From a virus, in the IMG/VR virus record IMGVR_UViG_3300010430_000045, positions 1 to 57,062 of that record: a stretch of DNA of 57,062 bases; one strand, written 5' to 3'. A program made the position numbers and the translations under genes. The notes beneath the pieces are model-generated. The model was given only the letters and a program-made list of their open reading frames with translations, was not told the origin of the DNA and did not search any database. The first letter of the stretch is position 1, and each line of letters begins with the position of its first letter. Shown in pieces: positions 1 to 7,925 of this stretch.

Positions 1-123
1 ATCCCGACGTACCTCGCCAGGACTTGACCCGGACCTCGTTCACCGAGCTTCCCGACCACATCGCACCGAGCTCGGGACTCCCTGACCACAACGGCCGCGA
101 AGTCCCACGGATCGAATCCGTAC
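1..123. repeat. Terminal direct repeat, copy A (identical to 56940..57062)
   Basis: Nt 1-123 (atcccgacgtacctcgccagg...ggatcgaatccgtac) recur base-for-base and in the same orientation at 56940-57062. This fits either a circularly closed assembly or a short direct terminal repeat. The unique length is 56,939 bp. Confidence 0.95.
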
Positions 124-230
124 TCAGGTGCGATTGTCTCGATGGCCGCACCGATTTGGCGGACCTCGTTTGCCCTCTCGGGCGTTGTTGCGCTGGTCAT
201 CAACAGCAGTGCGAAAATCAGCTTCGTCAT
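1..230 (-). CDS. Lytic transglycosylase (SLT domain) with a hydrophobic N-terminal signal/SAR-like segment; N-terminal part of a seam-spanning gene
   Basis: The gene is missing from the ORF track because the window edge splits it. A minus-strand ATG at 230-228 lies 5 nt after GGAGG. My translation is MTKLIFALLLMTSATTPERANEVRQIGAAIETIAPEYGFDPWDFAAVVVRES... It is in frame with track ORF 56711..57028(-) once 123 is joined to 57062, giving 152 aa in total. SLT-like motifs are EYGFDP, the catalytic E-S in VVRES, GERGPGQV (~GLMQ) and AWACYASGN (~AYNAG). Confidence 0.7.
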   Translation of the reverse strand, partial: MTKLIFALLLMTSATTPERANEVRQIGAAIETIAPEYGFDPWDFAAVVVRESRARCDVVGKLGERGPGQVLARYVG

Positions 231-243
231 ATCGGCCTCCGTA

Positions 244-867
244 TCATTCGACCGGCGACGCCATCCAGCAATCATCAGCGAGCTCGAACCTCCAGATAAA
301 CCACCAGTCCGTCGAAGCATACACACCGCTCTCGATGTTTCCACCCTCGACCGCTCTCGCATCGCACGGGCCACGGTACCAACGCAACGAATCCTCGGGG
401 ACGAGGAAACAGTTCTGTGCCGCATCGAGGAACGCCTTGACGTAGTTGTCGTAGTCGCCTCGGTTGGTCGGGAGCTTGCCTTTGTTCGGTCCGGACTTCA
501 CCGGGGGGGCGCACACGGCGAGCCCGAAGCGATACGGCTGCTGGATCAACGACAAGCGCGTGGCCGGGAGCAGCCCCTCGAACATGTTCGCCGACTTCTT
601 TCTGGATGCCTGATGGAGCATGAACCGAGACCACGCCCTGTGGTGCGTCTTCGGGGAGTTCGCCTCCGTCCATGCGAAGAACAGGTGCTCGGCCAGGCGG
701 GCCTGGCTCGCCTTGTACTGGACGCCCTGTTTCGTCAGCACGGTCTTCGTGATGGCCCGCCCGTTCTTCATGACGGGGACTCCCGTCTTCTTGTTCACGA
801 CGGGTCGGTCCACGGCCCCGCGGGTGTACGGTTTGATCTTGTCGATGATGCCCTGGACGATAGTCAT
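244..867 (-). CDS. rusA: RusA-like Holliday junction resolvase
   Basis: Track ORF 244..1179(-). I chose the internal ATG at 867 (MTIVQGIIDK...), giving 207 aa. The core NRGDYDNYVKAFLDAAQNCFLVPEDSLR aligns with E. coli RusA [27 protein letters not shown], including the catalytic Asp cluster. Confidence 0.75.
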   Translation of the reverse strand: MTIVQGIIDKIKPYTRGAVDRPVVNKKTGVPVMKNGRAITKTVLTKQGVQYKASQARLAEHLFFAWTEANSPKTHHRAWSRFMLHQASRKKSANMFEGLLPATRLSLIQQPYRFGLAVCAPPVKSGPNKGKLPTNRGDYDNYVKAFLDAAQNCFLVPEDSLRWYRGPCDARAVEGGNIESGVYASTDWWFIWRFELADDCWMASPVE

Positions 868-1115
868 ACGAACGCCCCCGCAATCGTGGCCGCCACCGAG
901 ACCACAGCCAGCACCCACGCCAGCAGGATGATCAGGCAACCGTCCGTGTGGATCTCCCGAGGCTGAAGTGGCTTCGGCTTCGGTGGTCGAGGTGGAGGCT
1001 CGTCCGCGGGCACGGGTTTGTTTCGCTCCGCACAATCGTAGCAGACAGTGGTGCTGCCTGGACGACACCGGATGCGCCGGATGTAGACACATCGGATCGG
1101 TCGGTAGATACCCAT
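864..1115 (-). CDS. Small Cys-rich protein with a C-terminal transmembrane anchor
   Basis: Track ORF 864..1145(-). The ATG at 1115 shares 1 nt with the upstream stop (TGATG), and there is an ATGA overlap with the rusA start. The protein has a Cys-rich N-terminus (CVYIRRIRC...CYDC), a Pro-rich linker and the TM helix CLIILLAWVLAVVSVAATIAGAFV. Confidence 0.45.
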   Translation of the reverse strand: MGIYRPIRCVYIRRIRCRPGSTTVCYDCAERNKPVPADEPPPRPPKPKPLQPREIHTDGCLIILLAWVLAVVSVAATIAGAFV

Positions 1116-1339
1116 CAATCGCCCCTCCCTGTCGCCTTTCGCCAAACCCGTAGGACCGTCCGTCCGGCCCGCCAGCCAACTATGGCGACCACTACTACTC
1201 CGAGACTAAGCACCGCAGCGAAGGCCAGCCTCGCGGGCTGCTTCAACCCATCAGGGCCCACCTCGGAGATCACGCCGAGGCCACAAACGACCACAGCCCA
1301 GATGAAGGCAGCGATCAGCCACCAGTTCAGGTCATGCAT
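1115..1339 (-). CDS. Small membrane protein (2 predicted TM helices)
   Basis: Track ORF of 74 aa. The hydrophobic segments are WWLIAAFIWAVVVCGLGVI and LAFAAVLSLGVVVVAIVGW. Confidence 0.5.
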   Translation of the reverse strand: MHDLNWWLIAAFIWAVVVCGLGVISEVGPDGLKQPARLAFAAVLSLGVVVVAIVGWRAGRTVLRVWRKATGRGD

Positions 1340-1566
1340 CGCCCCTCCCTGATCCGCTGACAGATCGCCTCGAACCCTCGGCCATCGATTCCGGTCGTCC
1401 GGAACACGACCTCGGAGATCTCGCGCGGGGTCATCCGCATGGCGCCGAACTGAAGCGAGGTCACGTACGCGTCGATCGTCGGCAGGTTGTCGTCCTTGAT
1501 TGCTCTCGCCAGCGCACGCCCAACGGGCGACCCGGCTACCATCTCCGCTCGTGTTTTCTGTGTCAC
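1327..1566 (-). CDS. Hypothetical protein
   Basis: Track ORF of 79 aa with an ATGA overlap onto the upstream gene stop (1563). I recognise no motif. Confidence 0.5.
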   Translation of the reverse strand: MTQKTRAEMVAGSPVGRALARAIKDDNLPTIDAYVTSLQFGAMRMTPREISEVVFRTTGIDGRGFEAICQRIREGRCMT

Positions 1567-2318
1567 GTCAGCCCCTCGACTAGTTGTTTCAACAGCCCGT
1601 TCGTCTTGACCGCCGCAGCCCTGATGTCCTCCAGCAGCGAGATGACCAGCGGGTCAGCCTTGCCCTCGATGATCTTGATGGCGCCCAGCAGCTCCATCTG
1701 GTCCGGCCTGGGCTGCAGCTTCGGCTGGTTCATCTCCCGCATGAAGTCCCTGAGCGTGACCGGCGACATTGCCTGCCCGTTGACCGGCTGGTTCATCTCC
1801 GCCAGGTCCTTGTGCGGGATCGGCGACGGCATGAGCCGGGGCTGGTGCTCCAGCTCGGTCTCGGGCTCCGGTTCCGGCTCCGACTTCGGAGGGTGGACCA
1901 ACTGGCGCCAGCGCTGGTAGCACGCCATCGGTGTGACGGTGGCCCCGTGCCACGCCATCACGTGTGACACCCGATCCCAAAGCGAAGAGCTCGGCCCGGT
2001 GCCTTCGCCCTCTTTGATCAGCTTCTCGACGGCCCCGACAACGTTCTTCTCGTCGTCCTTCGACCATCGGTGAGCCTTCCAGCCACCACGACGCCCACCG
2101 ATGCGCCTGCCCTCGACGGTGCGCCTCCCGGTGAGTAGTCCACGGTGCATCGTTTCCACGCCCTTCGCGCTCACGTCAGCGTCGAAGACATCGGCCATTT
2201 GGTCAGCCACCCTCGAGCTCGCATCACGCTTGTTGAGTCGCAAGCCGAGCAGCGTGTTCATCTCGTCGAGCACGAACTGTTTCTCTTCCGGTGTCCACCT
2301 GTGTCGTTTCTCAGCCAT
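1563..2318 (-). CDS. Myb/SANT-like DNA-binding protein
   Basis: Track ORF 1563..2339(-). I prefer the ATG at 2318 (MAEKRHRW...), which has AAGGAG 8 nt upstream. Two Trp-spaced repeats are present: HRWTPEEKQFVLDEM... and HRWSKDDEKNVVGAVEKL...SLWDRVSHVMAWHGATVTPMACYQRWRQL. These match the Myb/SANT W-x19-21-W-x19-21-W pattern. The tail is acidic and Pro-rich. Confidence 0.5.
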   Translation of the reverse strand: MAEKRHRWTPEEKQFVLDEMNTLLGLRLNKRDASSRVADQMADVFDADVSAKGVETMHRGLLTGRRTVEGRRIGGRRGGWKAHRWSKDDEKNVVGAVEKLIKEGEGTGPSSSLWDRVSHVMAWHGATVTPMACYQRWRQLVHPPKSEPEPEPETELEHQPRLMPSPIPHKDLAEMNQPVNGQAMSPVTLRDFMREMNQPKLQPRPDQMELLGAIKIIEGKADPLVISLLEDIRAAAVKTNGLLKQLVEGLT

Positions 2319-2331
2319 GTTGATCGCTCCT

Positions 2332-4215
2332 TCAGTCATCGGTTTCCGTCCAGTGTTGTTTGGGTCCCGTGTTCGTGAACATGGACGAGACGTTGTCGTC
2401 CAGCATCAATGCTGCCTCGACGTCGTAGCGGAACGGCACCCGCCCCTCCATCCCGTCCTCGTCCCGAACCTTCAACAGGTAGACGATCGACGTGCCGTAG
2501 CCGTCATTGCCTACCACCTTCGATCGATCCGCTTTCCTCCCTCGCCATACCGACAGCGTGTTGTCCGTGAACTGTTTGATCGCACTCGTCCCCTTCAAGT
2601 CCGAGAGCTGAACGATGACGTTGTCTCGGTCCTTCGCCCCCTTCGGTGTTGATAGCTGGTGAGGGTGGGCGACGTTGATGATGTGCATATCGGTGTCGAC
2701 CGCGACCTCAGCGAGCATCTGGGACATACCCTCCAGCTCCTCCCGCTCACCCTTGCCTACGTTGACCGAAGCGTGCAGGTGGTCGAGCACTACGAACCGC
2801 ACATTCAGCCTGGTCCGGGCGTACCAGAAGGTGTTGCGCCAGGCTTCGATGTTGCCCTTTTCGCGCGTGTAGAAAATGAACAGCGGGAGGTCAGCGAGCT
2901 TCGTGATGTAGCCGTCGGCGACGGAGCGTTCCAGCTTCCGTGGCGAACACTTGGCGCGTTGTCGCATCCACTTCATCATTTGCCGCACCGGGCCCATCTC
3001 CAGCGGCGCGTACAGGACTCCGTGGCCTACGTGTTCCGCTTGGTACGCGGCGGCCTGCGAGGTGAACGACGTCTTACCGCAACCCGTGTCTCCGGTGACG
3101 ACCGTGACCTCCCCAGGGCGCCATCCGCCAAGCTGGGCATCGAGATCCGCCCATCCCGTTGGCCAGCCCATGGCGAGCTCGCCCGAGAGCATCGAGTGGA
3201 TCCGATCACGCAGCGAGCCGGGCTTGATGATCCCAGCCATCTTCGGCACCGACGCGTCGTTGACGATGGTTTGCATCATGAAGATGTCGAACTCGCTCAA
3301 GTGCTCTTTCAGCACATCGTTCGCGTCGCCACCCTCGATGGTCGTTGGCCACCTGCCGATTCGACAACGGTGGATGCCCAGCGTGTTGACGACCATCTGG
3401 GAACCGTCGCGCCCGGCCTGGTCGTTGTCGTAAATGATCACGATGTCGGGGCAGGCGGCGAGCTGCTTGGTGTAGACGTCCGACCACGAACCCTCGCCCG
3501 TGGTCGGACAGCACACGTTCATCCATTGCGATTGGATCACGGACAGCACATCGATCTCTCCGCCGACCAGGACGATCGGCTTGCTGGGGTCGATGCCGTT
3601 CGGGGCATACAGCACGGACTCTCCCCCGGCGAGCCTCCGGTAACGGTCGCTCTTTGGGACGTCCGGATTCAGCGACCTGACCTTGACCATCGCACAGGTC
3701 TCCGTCTTGCCTGGCTCGGTGAGCACCGGGATCATCAGCATCCCGTAGTCGTGCATCGGCTCACGCCCAGGCCATGCGTGGGACCAACCCAGGCAAGCTC
3801 CCTCAGCCACGCTACGGGAGATCCCCCGGCCGGCGAGATAGTCACGGGCACCTTCGGCCAACGGGTGCGACCATAGGTCTAGCGCCCACCTCTCGACATC
3901 ATTGCGAGCAGCCGCGCGGGCGGCTAGCGCCTCGGCGAACTGCTCGTTGCGGAGACGTTCGAGGTCGATACCATCATTGCCCTGGATGTCGTAGATGTCG
4001 CCCCGCTCGCGCTTCAACACGAGCTCGTTGCCCTTCGCGTCGCACGACCCTGAGAAGCACTGCCACAACCACGTTGCGTTGTTGATCGTGGCCTTATTCT
4101 TCTTGCCGCACTGGGGGCAGTCGAAGGACAGGTTTACCCCGTACGCCCCCGACGACATCCGCTTGTATTTGACACCGTTTCGCCTGAAGTATGACTCGAC
4201 CGTCTCCGTCGTCAT
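2332..4215 (-). CDS. Bifunctional DNA primase/helicase (T7 gp4 / Twinkle-like: Zn-ribbon + TOPRIM + DnaB-type helicase)
   Basis: Track ORF 2332..4236(-). I prefer the ATG at 4215 because GGAGG lies 5 nt upstream and it forms an ATGA overlap. Motifs are the Zn-ribbon CPQCGKKNKA...CFSGSC, TOPRIM VLVGGEIDVLS and IIYDNDQAGRDG, Walker A VVTGDTGCGKTSF and Walker B VVLDHL. Confidence 0.85.
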   Translation of the reverse strand: MTTETVESYFRRNGVKYKRMSSGAYGVNLSFDCPQCGKKNKATINNATWLWQCFSGSCDAKGNELVLKRERGDIYDIQGNDGIDLERLRNEQFAEALAARAAARNDVERWALDLWSHPLAEGARDYLAGRGISRSVAEGACLGWSHAWPGREPMHDYGMLMIPVLTEPGKTETCAMVKVRSLNPDVPKSDRYRRLAGGESVLYAPNGIDPSKPIVLVGGEIDVLSVIQSQWMNVCCPTTGEGSWSDVYTKQLAACPDIVIIYDNDQAGRDGSQMVVNTLGIHRCRIGRWPTTIEGGDANDVLKEHLSEFDIFMMQTIVNDASVPKMAGIIKPGSLRDRIHSMLSGELAMGWPTGWADLDAQLGGWRPGEVTVVTGDTGCGKTSFTSQAAAYQAEHVGHGVLYAPLEMGPVRQMMKWMRQRAKCSPRKLERSVADGYITKLADLPLFIFYTREKGNIEAWRNTFWYARTRLNVRFVVLDHLHASVNVGKGEREELEGMSQMLAEVAVDTDMHIINVAHPHQLSTPKGAKDRDNVIVQLSDLKGTSAIKQFTDNTLSVWRGRKADRSKVVGNDGYGTSIVYLLKVRDEDGMEGRVPFRYDVEAALMLDDNVSSMFTNTGPKQHWTETDD

Positions 4216-4787
4216 CCGGACCTCCGCTTCGCCCATTCAGCTCGTATCTGTTTCACTTGATCGCCACCGAGCTCGTCGTTGTCCACGTACGCGTCGCCCG
4301 TGCTGATGAAGCGCTCAACGGAGTCGGCATCCCGGAACACGACGTCGATGCCGACGTACTTCGTCCGGTTCGGGTTTTGGCCCATGTGCCACGAGCTCTG
4401 GACGATCCCATCGATCGCTCGCTTGAGCTGCCCGGTCTTGAACCCTTCCGCCAACCGTGCCCCGATCTTGCCTCGGCGCTTTGTGGTCAGCCGTGTGCGC
4501 GTCCTCCCGGTCCGGATCTGCCAATGCAGGAACACGTCCTCGACGGAATCTGATGCGACCGCGTGTATCTCCAGCGCGCCATTGTCGAGAACGTTGGTCA
4601 TGATCCCCTCGGAAAGTCGTTGCACGATATCCTTCGCCACCTCCGACTCGGCGTCCCACCCCGGCAGGCAAAGCAGCTTCTCGATGGCTGCCGGGGTGAT
4701 CGTCGAGACGGGCTCGTCGCGGCTGACGGACCAGTAGTACAGCAGCCGCGAGCGGAGCATCGCCAGGTCAGAAGGGGATATCGTCAT
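4212..4787 (-). CDS. Replication-associated protein with the conserved phage C-terminal domain (TIGR02220-like)
   Basis: Track ORF 4212..4823(-). The start is uncertain: ATG at 4787 or GTG at 4823, and neither has a clear SD. The C-terminal pattern IGARLAEGFKTGQLKRAIDGIVQSSWHMG...YVGIDVVFRDADSVERFI resembles the domain found at the C-termini of phage replisome-organiser/DnaD-like proteins. Confidence 0.5.
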   Translation of the reverse strand: MTISPSDLAMLRSRLLYYWSVSRDEPVSTITPAAIEKLLCLPGWDAESEVAKDIVQRLSEGIMTNVLDNGALEIHAVASDSVEDVFLHWQIRTGRTRTRLTTKRRGKIGARLAEGFKTGQLKRAIDGIVQSSWHMGQNPNRTKYVGIDVVFRDADSVERFISTGDAYVDNDELGGDQVKQIRAEWAKRRSG

Positions 4788-5250
4788 GCGTGTTACCGCC
4801 ACCGCCAGCCGGTGCCTGCCCACCGCCCGAGTACGCCCCTGCTGCCTTGATGATCTTGTCGTCCGGATAGAGGTACTGGTCGACCTTGACCTTCGTTCGC
4901 ATCTGGCCGTCGTACTTCTCCTCGTAGTGGATGACGTGCCCGACGAAGATCTTGCCCAGCACGGACGTGTTCACCTCCTGCTGGCTGCGGGGGTCAAAGG
5001 GCCCGACCTTCGGGTGGAGCGAGCGGCACATCTCAGCCAGCTTCCAAAGCGAATTGTCCTTGATTACGAAGTAGTTCCACGGGATCTCAGTCCCCTTGTC
5101 TGGGTCGTCACCGATGACGGTGAACGTGCACTCGATCATGTCGTTCCCGGACTGGGACTTCGTGACCTCGGCCTTCGTAATGCGGAGGATATGGGCTCCG
5201 GGGCTGACCTTGCCGAATGTGTCGTACTTGTTGTCGTTGGGATCAAACAT
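4768..5250 (-). CDS. ssb: Single-stranded DNA-binding protein
   Basis: Track ORF 4768..5313(-). The ATG at 5250 (MFDPNDNKYD...) has AGGAG 7 nt upstream. A Gly-rich linker leads to the canonical acidic SSB tail ...GGGGNTHDDIPF. The gene lies directly downstream of the Sak4-like ATPase. Confidence 0.75.
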   Translation of the reverse strand: MFDPNDNKYDTFGKVSPGAHILRITKAEVTKSQSGNDMIECTFTVIGDDPDKGTEIPWNYFVIKDNSLWKLAEMCRSLHPKVGPFDPRSQQEVNTSVLGKIFVGHVIHYEEKYDGQMRTKVKVDQYLYPDDKIIKAAGAYSGGGQAPAGGGGNTHDDIPF

Positions 5251-6088
5251 CTTCCGTCTCCTGGTTCTGGGTTTCGTTGGTGCGGATGAACTCGGCGCTG
5301 TCGTGCTCCTCATGCGCGACAGCGATGTCGGACTGTTGGGTTGCGAGCATCAGGGAGCCGAGCGATACCCGCCCCGGCTCCCGCGAATTCTCGGTGAGAT
5401 CAGGCCACCCGTGGGGCGGCTTGGTGATGAATCGATCGTCGCCGTTCCAAACGACCACGAACTCGCCGTTGGCGTTCTTCGTGAAGTAGCCGACAGCGTT
5501 GAAGAATTGGCCCATCTCGGCCGGGAGTCGCTTCCCGTACAAGGCGGGGGCCATCATGACCCGATTCAGGTCGTCCTGTGCCATCTCGGCGAGGCAGATA
5601 AACACCGTGTTGCACGGTATCGCTCGCTGATCCTGAAGCACGTGTTCGGTGACGTTGATGATCCGACCCCACTGCTTGATCGAGATGTCGCCCTCGCCCT
5701 CGAGCTCGTTGGAATCGACACCTTTCACGTGCGCGACCATCAGCTTCTGCATGTCGGTGAAGCTGTCCACGACCAGGGATTGGAAGTAGATGCTTTCGCC
5801 GTTCAGCGTGATGTGGCAGGCCGGCTGTCCATTGGAAGCGGTCGTGACCTCAGCCGTCTTGACCAAGCTGTAGACATCGACGAAGTCCTGCCAGGACTCG
5901 ATGACGATGACGGTCGCATCCGGGTTCCGCTCGACGATGGTTGCCAGCCCCTGTTCCTCCCGAAGCAAGATCAAGGGTCGGGGAGCGGCTGCTCCCCAGT
6001 ACGTCTTACCGGTGCCGGTCTTGCCGTACCCCAGCACCTTCATGAAGGGCCGATCCCCCCAAAGTGTCTTACTCGTCCCCACTCGCAT
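5243..6088 (-). CDS. Sak4-like RecA-fold ATPase (AAA_24 family) recombination protein
   Basis: Track ORF 5243..6136(-). The ATG at 6088 has GGAGG 6 nt upstream. Walker A is KVLGYGKTGTGKT and the Walker-B-like strand is SLVVDSF. The size and the adjacent SSB are typical of Sak4-type single-strand annealing ATPases. Confidence 0.7.
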   Translation of the reverse strand: MRVGTSKTLWGDRPFMKVLGYGKTGTGKTYWGAAAPRPLILLREEQGLATIVERNPDATVIVIESWQDFVDVYSLVKTAEVTTASNGQPACHITLNGESIYFQSLVVDSFTDMQKLMVAHVKGVDSNELEGEGDISIKQWGRIINVTEHVLQDQRAIPCNTVFICLAEMAQDDLNRVMMAPALYGKRLPAEMGQFFNAVGYFTKNANGEFVVVWNGDDRFITKPPHGWPDLTENSREPGRVSLGSLMLATQQSDIAVAHEEHDSAEFIRTNETQNQETEDV

Positions 6089-6386
6089 CGCTATCCTCCA
6101 GCATCGCCATGACCAGGCCCAGCACCATGCTGTCATTGGCCTTGGCGTTCTTCATCTTCTGATATCGCTCGGTATGCATGGCCCCGCTGATGTACGAGAT
6201 CTCTCGGTCGAGAGCAGTGTTCCACCAGGCCGACTTTCGCTCCTCCTCGGTCGAAGCCATGATGTTCACGACGACCCGTTCACTCGGTCCGTGTGCCGGG
6301 TGCCTCGGTGGCATCGTCTCCATCGCTGTCAGCAACGACATTGCCAGCATCATCAGGTTCGTTGGTATCTGTTGCACCGTCGCCAT
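6069..6386 (-). CDS. Hypothetical protein (hydrophobic N-terminus, acidic C-terminus)
   Basis: Track ORF of 105 aa. The ATG at 6386 has GGGAGG 6 nt upstream. It overlaps the 3' end of the exonuclease gene by 107 nt in another frame. An alternative internal ATG at 6260 lacks an SD. Confidence 0.45.
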   Translation of the reverse strand: MATVQQIPTNLMMLAMSLLTAMETMPPRHPAHGPSERVVVNIMASTEEERKSAWWNTALDREISYISGAMHTERYQKMKNAKANDSMVLGLVMAMLEDSDASGDE

Positions 6387-7557
6387 TTCTATCCTCCCTG
6401 TACGTCTTGTAGACGTACCGTCCTGCCGCCTCCGGGCTCCAGTGTTTGCACAGCGAGGCGTAGTCGCACTTGCGGTTGAACTGGTGGCACATCGACGGGT
6501 TGCGCGGGTACTCCGCGCCGTGTTTGTGGCAGAGCTCGGACACGGCCTGGGCCATGCCGGACGGGTTGCCCTCCTCGTGCTTCTGCTTGATCTTCGCCCG
6601 CAGCGGTGCCACGCGTTCTCGCATGAGGCGAATGCGTGTGCCTTCGAGGTACAGCTCCCGTTCCGCTCGCGCGAGGTTCTCGTCCGTGATCGGAATCTCG
6701 ATCCGATGGAACCAGAAGTTTCGCTCGTCTCGACGCCGCAACGCCTTCCCGACCGTGATGTAGAAACCGGCCTCGGTGACGCCAGTGCCCTTGTCCAGCT
6801 TGTCGGTGTCGTGGAACCCGAAGCCGTTCTTGATGATGGCCCGGCCCCACTGGTCAGCCGTCGTGTGCGGGATGCCCTGTGGCTTCCGCAAGCGCTTCCC
6901 GGTGTTGATCTTCTCGAAGCTCGTCCACGGCCGAGGCTGGTTCGTGTAGGCGACGTCGAAGATGATTCCGCGCACCCTTCGTCCAGGGAACGCTCGCCGC
7001 ACCAGCCAGGCGTACGTCAGGCCCTGTGGCTTGTCCTGGTTCTTCTCCCGCCAGTCAGCGATGGGGATCGATGTCGACTTGTGGTCCACGACCCAGAGGT
7101 CGCCGTTGATCTCCACCAGCTTATCGAGGTAGCCGAGCCAGCCGGTCTTCGTGGACGGGTGACCGTTGGCCGTGAGGACGGCCGAGTCTAACCGCCTCTC
7201 GCTGAAGATGACCGTGCCGAGGTTTGGCCTGTCCTTCCAATAGCGCACATAGCGCTTCAGCAACCTGCGGGCCTCTCCGAATGCCTCGGCGGTCTCCTCA
7301 ACCCCAGTCAGGAAGTGCTGACCGCGGGAGTCCAGGTGCTCTTTCTCGGCGCGGTCGATCCAGGCCAGGACATCGTCCAGCGTCTCGTCGTCATACCGGT
7401 CCCGGAGTCGGTGCATGATCTGGGACCATAGGATCCCGAGGTACGGCTTCTTGTCCTTCGCCGGGCGGACGAGTCCGAGCCCGTACGAGAGGAACCAGCG
7501 CTGCGAGCAACCGGCGCTCGTGCGTTGGCTGTCACTGATGTATCGTAGCGTGCTCAT
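6280..7557 (-). CDS. PD-(D/E)xK exonuclease, Cas4/RecB/AddB-like with a 4-Cys Fe-S cluster
   Basis: Track ORF 6280..7638(-). The ATG at 7557 has GGAGG 4 nt upstream and forms an ATGA overlap. Nuclease motifs are GYLDKL...DLWVVDHKSTS (D...D-x-K) and QGLTY (QxxxY). There is one N-terminal Cys (SAGCSQRW) and a C-terminal cluster CHQFNRKCDYASLC. Confidence 0.8.
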   Translation of the reverse strand: MSTLRYISDSQRTSAGCSQRWFLSYGLGLVRPAKDKKPYLGILWSQIMHRLRDRYDDETLDDVLAWIDRAEKEHLDSRGQHFLTGVEETAEAFGEARRLLKRYVRYWKDRPNLGTVIFSERRLDSAVLTANGHPSTKTGWLGYLDKLVEINGDLWVVDHKSTSIPIADWREKNQDKPQGLTYAWLVRRAFPGRRVRGIIFDVAYTNQPRPWTSFEKINTGKRLRKPQGIPHTTADQWGRAIIKNGFGFHDTDKLDKGTGVTEAGFYITVGKALRRRDERNFWFHRIEIPITDENLARAERELYLEGTRIRLMRERVAPLRAKIKQKHEEGNPSGMAQAVSELCHKHGAEYPRNPSMCHQFNRKCDYASLCKHWSPEAAGRYVYKTYREDRNGDGATDTNEPDDAGNVVADSDGDDATEAPGTRTE

Positions 7558-7925
7558 ATTTCCTCCGTGGCACGATGGCTTCTGCAAATGTGGGCCGGCA
7601 CTTCGCCGAAGCGAACCTCGACCCAATCCAATGGGCACGGGCCGTCGCCTCGTCCACTCCGTGAGTAGTCAGCGACGGCCCGCAAGTAATCGATAAAGAG
7701 GTGGCGGTTGATGTCGCCCTCGTCCGAGCTCGCCCATCCCTCTTTGCTGCCGTCGGGGGCTACGAAGAACGAGCAGGTGTTATTCGCGGTCGGCCCCACA
7801 ATTTCGCTCACTGGGCCGCCGTCCTCGGTACCTCCGAAGATCTCGACCGCCTTGCGGCGCGCCCCGTAGATGGCGACGACATCCGTGCCGACGACGACGA
7901 TGGCGTTGTGTGCTGTGAGTCCCAT
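7554..7925 (-). CDS. Hypothetical protein
   Basis: Track ORF 7554..7973(-). The ATG at 7925 (MGLTAHNAIVVVG...) has GGAGG 7 nt upstream and a TGATG overlap with the methyltransferase stop. I recognise no family. Confidence 0.55.
   Translation of the reverse strand: MGLTAHNAIVVVGTDVVAIYGARRKAVEIFGGTEDGGPVSEIVGPTANNTCSFFVAPDGSKEGWASSDEGDINRHLFIDYLRAVADYSRSGRGDGPCPLDWVEVRFGEVPAHICRSHRATEEI

Noticed and set aside
1-123. The terminal repeat as an LTR, IS end or attachment-site duplication of an integrated element
   Set aside because: The repeat is direct and lies inside a coding sequence that reads seamlessly across the junction. There is no integrase, transposase, flanking host DNA or inverted terminal repeat. 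Circular closure or terminal redundancy explains it fully.
142-966. Long plus-strand ORFs (24..299, 128..445, 142..966) opposite rusA and the SLT gene
   Set aside because: They are antisense to genes with clear family motifs. Their composition is Arg/Pro/Gly/His-rich, they have no SD, and they start in mid-gene. These are typical shadow ORFs of a genome at more than 60% GC.
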